A stretch of 64,000 nt of DNA from Eledone cirrhosa (taxonomy: Eukaryota): positions 10,850,001-10,914,000 of the forward strand of contig OZ024765.1 in assembly GCA_964016885.1 (NCBI GenBank), written 5' to 3'. The position numbers were made by a program, and so were the translations under genes. The notes under the pieces were generated by a model. That model was not told the origin of the DNA. It saw only the letters and a list, made by a program, of their open reading frames with translations, and made no database searches. This document shows, in pieces, positions 1 to 12,975 of the stretch; the first letter of the stretch is position 1; each line of letters starts with the position of its first letter.

Positions 1-1342
1 AGAAAGTACCAGCCCAGTAATAGTACAAACCTCTCTATCTCCTTACAGTTATCACATCCTGGATGGCCCACTTATATCAAAAATGGGAGGGAGCTTTGAT
101 ACAATGTCTATGTTTGCTCACGACTGCATGGACACCTAAACCCCCCCCCCCTTTTTTTTTTCTCTTTTTTTTTTTTACCAGAGAAAGCTCAGTACATTCT
201 ACCAAGTCACGCTCGATTACAAATGAGGGCTGCTGTCGTGATAGTTACTCGATTGGTACTTTATTTTATTTTATTGGCCAGGGCCAATAAAATAAAATGA
301 AGTACCAGGCAAATACTGGGGATTGATTTAATCAAATTTGGCTCTTCTCAAAATTTTGCTGGCCTTGAGTCTGTTAGAAACCATTTTTATTCCTATTCTT
401 CTTATTATTATTTTGCCCCTTCCTCCTCTTTATTTATCTTTTTAGTAATTGCTGTAATTTTCTCACCTTTGGTGCATTTTTATATAGTTGTTTTATTTCC
501 CTTAGTAGATTACTTATTGTCTTCTTTCTTATTTTTTTAACCTATTTTCTTTATCTGAGATCAAAGTTGTGTCTTGTCTGCAACCATTTTTGTTGTATAA
601 TTTCCTTATTTTTCAATTTCCACTTTCCACTGCAATATACCTGTATATCTGTATATACCTTTTTTTACCTGTGTGTATAAATGTACATATATATATATCT
701 ATGTATATATATATATGTATGAGTGTGTATATACATACATATATATTAATATATTTTATTTATATATATTATGTATATATATATATATATATTATGTATA
801 TATATATATATGTGTGTGTGTGTGTATATATATATTAATATATTTTATTTATATATATTATATATACATACATATATATATATGTATGTGTATATATATC
901 TATATATTAATATATTTTATTGATATATATATTATATTATATATTTATATATTATATATATACACATACCAGTACACCTGTACACACTAAAGCAAGCAAG
1001 CATGGTAATTAGTACCTGTATCTTCATAGATTAGAATCCCCTGTCACAATTCCATTCCTCATGTATATGTTTGTGTATATATATATGTATATACTCATAC
1101 ATATATCTAATTGTATGTGTGTATGTGTATATATAAATGTTTGTATGTATATTTTAAATGATATACACACACACACATATATATATACATATATATATGT
1201 ATAATGTATATATGCCTGAAAATATACAGGCAAAATGTATACACACTTCAACAGCATTCTAATCTAACTGTGTATATATATTTTAGTGACTCCCTGTATA
1301 TATGTGTGTGTGTGTGTGTGTATATCATTAAAAATATGCACA

Positions 1343-1410
<68 letters not shown>

Positions 1411-1958
1411 TACATATCTAATTGTATGTGTGTGTGTGTATATATATATCTAGATATATATATACATATACATACATAGGTATATATCTAATTGTATGTG
1501 TGTATATATATATCTAGATATATATATATACATATACATACATAGATATATATCTAATTGTATGTGTGTGTGTGTGTATATATATATATATTCATACACA
1601 TACATAGATATATATATATACACATACAGATGTATACACATTATCAACATATATTCCTATAGATTTGTCTCTTTGGTGTTGTTTTCTTTCTCTTTTGCCA
1701 TTAAATTATTGTATGGAATATATTGATTGCTTATTGATCTATTGATTATTTATTGATCTGTTGGCTATTATTGATCTGATTGATATATTGTTGTTAAATG
1801 ATCACAACAGAACAGGTAAGACAACCACCTGTATTTGTTAACCCTCTACCTGTATGTGTATATATATTTGTGTATGTATGTGTGTATATGTATGTGTGTG
1901 TATGTATGTGTGTGTATTTGTGTATGTGTGTGTATATATATATATGTGTATATATAAA

Positions 1959-1996
<38 letters not shown>

Positions 1997-2085
1997 GTGT
2001 GTGTGTGTGTGTGTGTATGTATGTGTGTGTATTTGTGTATGTGTGTGTATATATATATATGTGTATATATAAATATTTGCGTGTG

Positions 2086-2118
<33 letters not shown>

Positions 2119-2269
2119 ATTTATGTGTGTGTATCTGTGTGTGTGTGTATCTGTGTGTGTGTATTTATGTGTGTGTATTTATATGTGCGTGTTTAGATGT
2201 GTATATATATATATATATATCTGTGTATATTGGTGCGTATGTGTGAGTGTATGTACCAGTGTGGTTCTG

Positions 2270-2339
<70 letters not shown>

Positions 2340-2384
2340 GTTAATATATCTTAGGGTACAGTGTACCCCTAGAAATACATAGGT

Positions 2385-2425
<41 letters not shown>

Positions 2426-2457
2426 ATTTCTGTGTGTGTGTGTGTATTTTTATTTAG

Positions 2458-2519
<62 letters not shown>

Positions 2520-2727
2520 ATGTCAGTCACACATCACATTGAGTTCTTTCCTTACAGTTATATGTTGTGTTATTTACTTTTGTTTTGACAAAGCAGAAAA
2601 GGGGCCAATTCTATGGTAAAGGGGTTAACTTAATACTTTGGTCGTTGTTGTTGTTTACCACTGACCCCGATAACCACATCAACCCTTAAACATCGAAGAA
2701 ATCTCTTTCATTACCATATTTCTAATA

Positions 2728-2938
2728 ATGGGTTCTACTATAAGCACAAGGCCAACAATTTTGGAGGAGGGGAAAGTCAGTTAAATCAACCCCAATGCAT
2801 TACTGGTACTTTATTTTATTGATCTCTAAGGATGAAAAGTAAAGCTAATCTCAGTGGGCATTGAACTGAGAATGTAAAGGGCCGTAGTGTCGATAGGCTT
2901 GGTTTTCAATGCTCTACCGATTCTGTCAATCCACCACC
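2728..2938 (-). mobile_element. tRNA-derived SINE family A, reverse copy
   Basis: Reverse complement of the SINE-A consensus (ggattggcagtatcggtagag...gagttcaaatcc...tttgcctttcatcctt...gataaaataaagtaccagtaatgcactggg...ggccttgtgcc). Confidence 0.8.
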
Positions 2939-2959
2939 CATATTTTAAATAATATACTC

Positions 2960-3238
2960 AATAATGCACTGGGGTCGATTTAGTCAACTTCCCCCTCCCC
3001 CAAAATTGCTGGCCTTGTGCCTATATAAGAAACCATTATTACTATCAGGATTGGCAGTATCGGTAGAGAGTCGGACACCATGCTTTGAAGCATAGAGTTA
3101 CGTCCCTTTACGGTCTGAGTTCAAATCCCGCCGAGGTTAAATTTTGTCTTTCATCCTTACGGGGGTCGATAAAATAAAGTACCAGTAATACACTGGGTAA
3201 TTGCTGGCCTTGTGCCAAAAGTAGAAACAATTATTACT
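2960..3238 (+). mobile_element. SINE family A (3' fragment + full copy)
   Basis: A-box TGGCAGTATCGG, B-box GAGTTCAAATCC, conserved central domain, (ATT)n tail. Confidence 0.85.
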
Positions 3239-3239
3239 A

Positions 3240-3622
3240 TCAGGTGAGGAAATAGTTATTTTGGGACCTTGAGGTGAAGACTACGAACAAACTCCAACAG
3301 AACTGCCCTGATATTACTGTAAAAACAACCCACTGCTCTCCAAAATGGACTCTAATTGATATTGCGGTCCCTGAAGACCAGAATGTGGCTGAGAGGGAAA
3401 TGGAAAAGATCAATAAGTATGCAAACCTTTTGCAGACACCATTAGAACTGAGCACCATGTAGGGACAGAAGTCATGCCAGTTGTAATTGGGGTGCTAAGC
3501 ATGGTCCCTAAATACCTTACGGCTTTCATCAAAAGCCTTGGGATCCCCAACTTCATAGGCAGTGCCTAAATTTCTATCATCGCTACACAGCTACAATCCT
3601 GCATGATATATTGAGCCTTTGA
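3240..3622 (+). mobile_element. 3' fragment of R4/Dong/NeSL-like non-LTR element (restriction-like endonuclease)
   Basis: LFWDL...PDI......LIDIAVPED.NV..RE.EKI.KY..L and PVVIGVL..VPK motifs, with stops. Confidence 0.75.
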
Positions 3623-3779
3623 GATAAGGGACTGATTTGGGGCCATTAACGCATTTAAACCGGCCGTATCCAGCCAGAATTCTCTCACCTCTCTCTGTTC
3701 AAACTGGCTGTAACTGGCCACACATACTGATGTTAAGGTATTGTTCTCAAAATAAATAACATCAAAATCTCGTAGATTC

Positions 3780-4115
3780 GATATTATGTGAGGTAAAGCC
3801 TTTACCGCAAAAATACAATAGTATATATAGAGTAATGTAAATGTTATGTGAGATATTATGTGAAGTAAAGCTTTTACTGTGAAAATACAATAGTATATAT
3901 AGAGTAAAGTAAATGTTATGTGAGATATTATGTGAGGTAAAGCCTTTACTGTGAAAATACAATAGTATATATAGAGTAATGTAAATGTTATGTGAGGTAA
4001 AGCCTTGACTGTGAAAATACAATAGTATATATAGAGTAATGTAAATGTTATGTGAGATATTATGTGAGGTAAAGCCTTGACTGTGAAAATACAATAGTAT
4101 ATATAGAGTAATGTA
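3780..4115. repeat. Minisatellite, 60-72-bp unit, about 5 copies
   Basis: ttatgtgaggtaaagcctt.actgtgaaaatacaatagtatatatagagtaatgtaaatg repeated. Confidence 0.9.
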
Positions 4116-5204
4116 ACCTAGCAACAGATTACTGGAGAAACCTTACCAAATATATTGTTGTTGTTGTTATTTAATTTGACCTTCTGTTTTTTGGTTTGTT
4201 TGGGGGGGTTTCTCTCACAATCACTCACACATGCGTACACATACATGACTTTCACACATACGTACACTCACTTGTTTTCACTCACACGCTTTCATATACA
4301 CTCACACACTCACGCACACACTCTCTCACGCTCACACACAATCTCTCACAGACACACACGCAATCTCTCATATGCACACTATCTCATACACACATTCACT
4401 TTCTCACACACTCTCTCTCTTTCTCTTATACTTTCTCTCACGCACTCACACATACAGTCTCTCTCTCTCTCTCTCTCACATCCACAGTCTTTCTCTCTTT
4501 TACACTCACACATACACAATATCTCTCTCTCTCTCACATCCACAGTCTTTCTCTCTCTCACACACATACACAATATCCCTCTCTCTCTCACATACACAAC
4601 ATCTCTCTCTCTCTCACACACACATACACTGTCTCTGTCTCCCATCATCATCACCACTATACATCAGTAACCTGCTCACAATCCACCATTATTTCACTTT
4701 AAACTGTAGGTCAAAGGTATTTCAGGGTTTTTTAAAACTTTATATTCTTCTCTCTCATTTTATTTCCTTAATTTAGAAGTTATAGATTTTTTAAAACCTT
4801 CTGGAGGCTGAATTTTTAATGAGTTGCTTCCCTTGAACCTGTATTATGTATTAAAGGGAGAAAACTCAATCAGTGACTTCAGTCGTCCACAGCGCCAAGA
4901 GGGTTAACCAATTCTTTTCTTTTGCCTCTGAAATCTTCACGTTCCTTTTTATTGCTCTCTCTTGCATCTAACTTTAACATATTGCATGCTTTGGTTCTGA
5001 GTTTCTTTATCAAATATATAAATATATATATATTATATATTATATATATTATTGGGTTTCTAAGGGAATGTTAATAATAATTTCATAATTTGCATGGGTT
5101 TTATATACATACATATATATATATATACATACACACATACATAATATATATATGTATGTATATATACACATATATATATATATGTGTGTGTGTGTGTATA
5201 TACA

Positions 5205-5236
<32 letters not shown>

Positions 5237-5533
5237 CATTGGCTTGGACTCTATTGGCTATCTATCTTTCTAGTTATCTTCCTATACTTACACGGGTCTC
5301 TCTTTCTCTCTCATATATATTACCCTCTTTCTCTCTCTCTCTCTCCTCTTCTCTTTCTCCAATGTAATTTATTATATTTCTAAAATGTATTTTAATATTT
5401 TAAACTTTTATAGTGAAACTTCCTCTGACAAGAAGAATTCTAAAAAAATAATAATTAATAAATAAATATTTACAATTTCAGATTGAATAAGTGTAATATT
5501 GTATATAATATATTTAATGTGTTAGAATACAAC

Positions 5534-5598
<65 letters not shown>

Positions 5599-5632
5599 GA
5601 AGAAATTAAAAGATGGTTACAAGAGTTCCATA

Positions 5633-5702
5633 TATTTTATTATGCGCATTTCGAATACAAAATCATCATGGGACCAAAATTGTGTTCTCATCAGATAAAA
5701 TA
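5633..5702 (-). ncRNA. Type-I hammerhead ribozyme (PLE pLTR fragment of about 5594-6450)
   Basis: Minus strand: tattttat-CTGATGA-gaacacaa...ttgtattc-GAAA-tgcgca-TA-ataaaata. Perfect core, 8-bp stem I, palindromic stem III. Confidence 0.85.
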
Positions 5703-7109
5703 AGGTAACATGATATGAGGCATAATAGCACTTGTTTACAGGAAAGTGCTAAGTCTACATATGACAGAAATATAAGTGTTAAAACTATAGTAAGAAATAG
5801 ATAGGAAAATAGAAGAAAGGAAAGAAGAGGGGAAGAGAGAAACTTTTGATCAGGAACGCTGTCAAAATGAAAACAGCTGTAAATAATGGTTAAAAAGTAA
5901 ATTGATGAGGTGTATGTGCGAATATTATAGACGGTATTCAAATACTAGAGGCCTAAATATAGAAACTGGGTATATTATTTTATATTGGGTTTAAATACTA
6001 AAAATTGGAATAAGAAGTGTAAAAATGTATTAATAAAATAAAATAAAATGAATATAAAAAAAGATTTTTATAAAATAAAATAGAAATAAAAATAGTCTAT
6101 CTATGTGAAAATTAATAATTTCTAGTAAAAATCTATATATGTGGGGTATACTATTTTATTTTTATTTTATATCAAGTAAATAAAGGAAATTACTAGAAAG
6201 ATTTATAAACGTAGAAAAACATATGACATCATAATTTGTTTACAAAATCTACGAAGGTTTGAGCGAAAATCGAAGGCTATAGAAAAAAAGATCAAAGGCT
6301 TAAAATATGATGAGAAAACCAAATTAATACATTGTAGAATATAATGAAAGATGACTGACTCGTGGGATATGTTATAGGACATCAGCTATATACTTTGTGA
6401 AAGGTCTTGTAGGATTTATGATTACAATGTCCAAATAAATCGGTTCTTCGATTTATTATTGTGTTGAAATTCGAGATAATGGTAAATTTTTCAATATCAG
6501 TAGAGCATTGGACAATATGCTTTACAGCATAGAGTTACAGACATTCACATTCTGAGATCAAATCTTGTTGTAGATAGTTTTGCCTTTCATCTTTACGGGG
6601 TCAATTTAATGCAGCAAAGCACTCAATAAGGTTGTGTCACCTTAGTGTAATAACATACGATAGATAGCTGGACAAATTGAAAACTGCGGCAGGCAAGCCT
6701 AGCCATTAGATATATATTTCTGGCTGATAACTATATATATATATATATATATATATCATCATTTCATTTTACGTCCACTTTTCCCTGCTTGCAAGGGTGG
6801 GACGGGAACTGATTCTGGCTTGATTTCTACAGCTGGATGCCCTTCCTAACACCAACCTCATTTACAGTGAGTGCTGGGTGTTTTTTTGCCGTGGCACCTC
6901 CATGATCACTTTGCAGTGGAATGATAGGGATCCCAGTCCCTATCATCTCATTTCTACAGCTGAGTAAACTGGAGCAATGTGAAATAAAGTGTCTTGCTCA
7001 AGGAAACAACACATCACCAAGCCATGTGCCTCTATATATATATATATATATATATAACTGAAACTGTAAGACAAAGTGAAGTAGTTAATTCATTATTTTA
7101 CGATGGTTT

Positions 7110-7303
7110 AGGGCGGTGGATTGGCAGTATCGGTAGAGGGTCGGACGCCATGCGTTGACGCATAGAGTTACGGCCTTTGCCATTCTGTGTTCAAATTCCG
7201 CCAAGGTTAACTTTACCTTTCATCCTTACGGGGTCGATAAAATAAAGTACTAGCAATGCACTGAGTAATTGCTGGCATTGTGCCAAAAGTAGAAACAATT
7301 ATT
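7110..7303 (+). mobile_element. SINE family A
   Basis: Full consensus match. Confidence 0.85.
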
Positions 7304-8063
7304 TTACGATGGTTTTAGAGAGCAAAGTGCTGAATGTGCAGATGAGTCGATGGCACTTATGTAACACCAAACCATCAGCCTCCATAAAGTCTCATCTTTT
7401 CTGCTGTGTCTCCTCTTTTACTTTCAATGTTTAACATTATATGTCAGACTCTGTAGTTTAGAATACTCAGCAATATATATATGGGGATAGCATCTTTCTA
7501 CACAACCAGATGGCCATCTGCTTTAATGAATTCATTTACATTGACATTACAGAAGGTTCTAGAAGGGTTAAAAACCCTACCCTTTTTAATGTATTTATCT
7601 TTTAAAAAAAATTCATTTTAGTGGTCTGTGGGATTTAAAATTAGGAATATAGAGGTCTGTGATGTCCGAAAGGTTGGTGACTGTTGATCAAGAGCATCTG
7701 TTATTATATATGCAAGTATGTATATATATATATATATATATATAAATATATAAATATATATATATAATGTGTGTGTGTTTGTATATACATAGTGGTAATA
7801 GGAAGTTAGATTTGCAGCTTGTTTCATAACAAGCTGCAAATCTGTCTTCCTATAGTCATTCTGTATATACACTCTGGTCACTACAGCGACCTTAAACCTG
7901 GAGCATAACCCAACGAGAGACTGGCCCCATCACAACATTAAGTGCTTCGACCAAGCCTTGCCGTTAGTAACCACAAGTTACTCACATATATATAGTAATA
8001 ATTAATATGAAGAGCAAAATCCGAAGAGGGCTCGATAAGAATTATATATATATATATATATAT

Positions 8064-8149
8064 ATATCAATGATATTAATAAATGGAAACTATATTTATA
8101 AAACCATATTTATATAAATATAGTTTCCATTTAGTAATACCATTGATAT
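8064..8149. repeat. AT-rich hairpin next to (TA)n
   Basis: atatcaatgatattaataaatggaaactatatttata / tataaatatagtttccatttagtaataccattgatat. Confidence 0.8.
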
Positions 8150-8233
8150 TATACTCCAGAAAATCTGTAGAGTGCTTCGAATCTGTTATAAATATATTTG
8201 TTGAATTACCAACAAATTAAATATCCCTTTGCT

Positions 8234-8273
<40 letters not shown>

Positions 8274-8628
8274 TCGTTTGGAAGCCTCGACAATGCAAAT
8301 GGGTAAATCTCCGGGTAACAAGATCCGGTGGTGGAGAGAGAGATGTAAGTGGGTGTACGTTGAGATGCGTGGTGTGTATAAGATGTGTGAGATGTGTAGA
8401 ATGGAGGGAAGAGTAAAAGAATAAAAATAACAACACAAGAGAGAGTTACCTTGGGAGAGATTTAATAGTCCCTATATATTTCGGATTCACATCCATACAT
8501 ATATATATATGTAGATAAATCTACCAAAATATACGGTAGCGTCCGTATGAAGAACACAATGTAATCCAAATATCATGAAAAGCGAAGATGTGTTCAAAAT
8601 TTTTTTAGATGAAAATCACAGGAAAAAC

Positions 8629-8661
<33 letters not shown>

Positions 8662-9111
8662 TATATGTGTGTGTGTGTGTGTGCGTATGTATATATATAT
8701 GTGTGTGTATTTGTATGTATATATGTGTGTGTGTATGTATGTATATATACACGACACACACCACATATGTGTCTGTATATACATATATATATATATATAT
8801 ACACAAACAGACAATGTATATATCACCTTGACCGACTAGTCTGTCGGGCGCCAATCAGCGCCGCTGGTCACAGCACGTCGTGCTGTTTTAGCCATAAGAT
8901 AATGCCATCCCACTGGTTGGGCGGGCAGGCCGGTACTCATTTCTACAGCTGAGCAAACTGGAGCAACGTGAAATAAAGTGTCTTGCTCAAGGAAACAACA
9001 CACCACCCAGTCCGAGAATTGAACTCGCAACCTTTCGATTGCAAGCCCAATGCTCTAACTACTAAGCCATGCGCCTTCACACAATGTATATATATATATA
9101 TACATGCACAT

Positions 9112-9145
<34 letters not shown>

Positions 9146-9415
9146 ATGTACATATATATATATATATATATATAATTCCATCTTTAGTTTCAATCTACTG
9201 TAAATGTTTTACTCCTTAATAATGAAATCGTTGTTGGGTGAAAATCATTCTGTTTTACCAAGCCATGCTTGATTTTTCCAGCTCAGCGGAGCGTGACTCC
9301 AACATACCTGGATAACCGAGACAAAGGTACAGTTGCTTATGAATATACACACCTATGTAAAAAAAAAAAAATATATATATATATATCTATATATATACAT
9401 ATCTATATATATATA

Positions 9416-9470
<55 letters not shown>

Positions 9471-9617
9471 ATATACACACACACCAACACACCTTTCTTA
9501 CCCTTTTTGCACACGCATGCACGCACAGAAATACAAAGACATTCACACAACAATACTGTGTCTCTCTATCTTATCTGCTTCCTTTTCTTTTAAATATTCA
9601 TTTGAATTGTCTTTATT

Positions 9618-9656
<39 letters not shown>

Positions 9657-9699
9657 TTTCTTGGAGTCTCAGTCATTGGAGTCTCAAATGAACATCAAG

Positions 9700-10195
9700 C
9701 CACTACCTGCAGCCTCAGATATTGAGGACGTATCGGAGGGTTCTTGCTGTTCCCAGCAAGCATGCCTTTTGAAGTGTTCCAAAAAAAAAAGGGGGGGGGG
9801 GGGCTGGACTAATGTTCTTTAACCATCCTTGAAAAACTCTTCGAGATAGTACCTAGTGCTCCTATGACAATCGCGATGACCTAGATCTCATGAGAGTCCC
9901 AAATCCTTTTGAACTCCCTCCCACTTTAAATCCTAGTGTCAACCTGACACCTAGCATGGAAGATGGATGTTAAACAATAATGATGAATCAGCTGTCATAT
10001 AAATCATGCTATACGGACATAAACTACAGTAAATGTCTTTGCAAGGTATTTAGATTGATAATAATGCCGTTCTCAGGACATGGACAGTTCCAGTCAGCAC
10101 TATTTTCTGTATCTCTTCCAGATATCAGGTCCAAATATGTTCCACTTCCCTTTTTTTATCCTTCCAACTGCACCGACTATCACTGGTATTACACA
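9700..10195 (-). mobile_element. Two R4-like non-LTR 3' fragments
   Basis: Minus-strand peptides VIAIVIGALGTISK / LQKACLLGTARTLRYVL and VIPVIVGAVGRIKK / EEIQKIVLTGTVHVLR. Confidence 0.7.
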
Positions 10196-10289
10196 GGCTT
10201 TAACCCTTTAGTATTTAATCCAGCCTTGTACTTAAATTAAAAGCCATTGTTATTATTATTATTATTTTCGCTGAGTCCCCTGTTAGTGT

Positions 10290-11507
10290 TTGGCACAGAG
10301 TTACAGCCCTTTATTTTCTGAGTTCAAATCCCGCGAAGGTAAGCTTTGCCCTTCATCCTTACGGGGTCGATAAAATAAAGTACCAGTAATACATTGGGGG
10401 CGATTTAATCGACTTTCCCCTGCCCCCAAATTGTTGGCCTTGTGCCTAAATCCAAAACAATTATTATACATGGCAATGGATTTTCAGTATTGGTAGAGCA
10501 ATAGGCAACATGACTTGTGGCATATAGTTACATCCCTTTATATTTTGAGTTCAAATCCCTTCGAGGTTATCTTCACCATTCATCCTTTTGCAGTCTATGA
10601 AATACCAGTTATACGCTGATGTCAATTTAATTGACTATTCTCTCTGTTAGAAGTTGTTATTGTGGTGGTGGTTGTTGTTGTTGTTCATGCTGGTGGTGGT
10701 GGTGGTGGTGGTGGTGGGTTGATTAGTTACGGAGATAGATGAACGACTACATGAAATTGTAGCTCTGAGTTCAACAGGAAGTCAGCATTGCCTTTCATCA
10801 GTCTAGAATCAAGGAAAATAAAGTACCAGCCACATACTGAGGTCCATATAATTGACTGTATCCTGCCTTCTCAGATGTCTGGCTTTCTACCTACCTTAGA
10901 CATCATCATTAATGGGTTGGCAGTATCGGTAGAGCGTCGAACACTATGCTTTGTGGTATATAGTTGCCTCCCTTTACATTCTGAGTTCCAATCCCGTCTA
11001 GGTTAGCTTTCCCTTTCATCCTTATGGGGATCAATAAAATGAAGTACCAGTAATGCACTGGGGCATATTTAATCGACTCCCCTCGCTCCCCTCTCCTCAA
11101 ATTGTTGGCCTTGTGCCTAAATCAGAAACCATTATTGGTGGGTTGGCAGAATCGGTAGAGCGTCGGACGCCATGCTTTTCAGCATAGAGTTGTGGCCCTT
11201 TATGGTCTGAGTTCAAATGCCGCCGAGGTTAACTTTTCCTTTCTTCCTTACAGGGTCGATAAAATAAAGTACCAGTAATACACTGGGGTAATTGTTGACC
11301 TTGTATGCCAAAAGTAGAAACAATTATTATTGTGTATTTGAGGCCATTGGTTTGGCAGCATCGGTAGAGCATCAGACACCCTGCTTCATGTCAGAGAGTT
11401 CAAATCCCGCTGAGGTTAACTTTTCCTTTCTTCCTTACAGGGTCGATAAAATAAAGTACCAGTAATGCACTGGGGTAATTGCTGGCCTTGTGCCTAAAGT
11501 AGAAACA

Positions 11508-11554
<47 letters not shown>

Positions 11555-11630
11555 CATACGATAAAATAAAATACCAGTAATGCACTGGGGTAATTGCTGG
11601 CCTTTTTGCCTAAAGTAGAAACTATTATTA
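10290..11630 (+). mobile_element. Cluster of about 7 SINE-A copies/fragments
   Basis: Repeated A/B-box heads and the cctttcatcctt..gtcgataaaataaagtaccag domain. Confidence 0.85.
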
Positions 11631-11715
11631 TTATTATTATTATTATTATCATCATTGTTCTTTTTTCTATGTCTCGGTCTCATTGTCTTGACTTATTTTC
11701 TCGTTTACTCTACAG

Positions 11716-11763
11716 GAATGCAGGACTTCACTAGTCCTGCAATGGCTTCTGCACCTGAGCCAG
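11716..11763 (+). CDS. PICALM: Internal exon of AP180/PICALM-family gene (xMQDFTSPAMASAPEP-G), phase 1->1
   Basis: Pyrimidine tract + tacag acceptor at 11715 and CAG|gtacta donor. 48 nt, open frame, joins 20879 in frame (G+GA=Gly). S/P/A-rich, like the disordered AP180 tail. Confidence 0.6.
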
Positions 11764-11801
11764 GTACTACGACTGCTACTCCAGCTGGCTGACCATATAT
11801 G

Positions 11802-11844
<43 letters not shown>

Positions 11845-12126
11845 CACACATGCACATATATATATATATATATATATGAATATAGAAAAAAATGAAGTTG
11901 AAAATGCACTTAAAATTCTCTAATTTGTTCTGTTTTACTCAGCCGGTTTCATAATGTTCTGATAATCTTAGTAATAAATTTACAAATAAAACCCATGATT
12001 ATTACCAAGTTGTGAAACTGGTCAGGAGCATTGTAATAAATTAAAAGATTTCCTGTGCAGTTTTACACTTCATTCTTTCTATATTTCTACTTGTGTGGAA
12101 CAAGACTTCTTTTTCTTTGTACACAC

Positions 12127-12218
<92 letters not shown>

Positions 12219-12343
12219 ATGTAGGAGCAAGCAATCCTTTCTACGTTTGTCTCTTTTTTATCTCTGTAGATATTTTAGTATTTCTTATTGTCTTTTTGTT
12301 AGGGGAAATCAATGATGGAGATTTTCTTTATATCTATATATGA

Positions 12344-12401
<58 letters not shown>

Positions 12402-12501
12402 TCATATATATATATGATTAATATATATATATGATCTACTCACTTTCTTTATGATTGCAGTTGTTATTGTGGTTGTTGTTGTTGTTTCTTTCTTAATTTA
12501 G

Positions 12502-12558
12502 TCACCACTACTACCCCCCCCACTGTCACTCCTGTACCTATCAATGTTGTATTCCAAG
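12502..12558 (+). CDS. Candidate symmetric cassette exon (VTTTTPPTVTPVPINVVFQG), phase 1->1
   Basis: tttcttaatttag acceptor and CAAG|gtagac donor. 57 nt, open frame, compatible with 11763 and 20879. Confidence 0.4.
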
Positions 12559-12754
12559 GTAGACATAGATATAGTTAATTTTCTCTCTTTTCTCTCTTCC
12601 ATGTTCTCTCAGCATGTTTCAAAGAATCTGGTTTGGTGTTTCTTTTTTCTTTTTCATTTTTTTTTTCGTTTTTTTATTGTCTTTATTTTCCATCTGTGAG
12701 ATTTTCTGCTAGTATTTTTCCAGAGTTTCTTTCCAGTATTTTTCCACAGTGTAG

Positions 12755-12975
12755 TGGATTGACAGAAATCAGTAGAGGGTCAGATGCCATGTTTTGCAGC
12801 ATAGAGTTGCCCCCCCCCTTTTTCGTTCTGAGTTCAAATGATGCCGAGGTTAGCTTTGTCTTTCATCCTTACAGGGTCGATAAAATATAGTACCAGTAAT
12901 GCACTGGGGTAGATTTCATCGACTTTCCCGTCTCCAAAATTGTTGGCCTTGTGCCTGAATCAGAAACCATTATTT
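12755..12975 (+). mobile_element. SINE family A
   Basis: Consensus match. Confidence 0.8.

Noticed and set aside
49-237. Acceptor-like sites at 48 and 181 followed by unique sequence (possible PICALM exons)
   Set aside because: No convincing donor or AP180-like motif, and the upstream phase is unknown at the window edge. Unresolved.
3048-3135. tRNA genes (A/B boxes here and in all SINE heads)
   Set aside because: No cloverleaf, and each is attached to a SINE body and tail.
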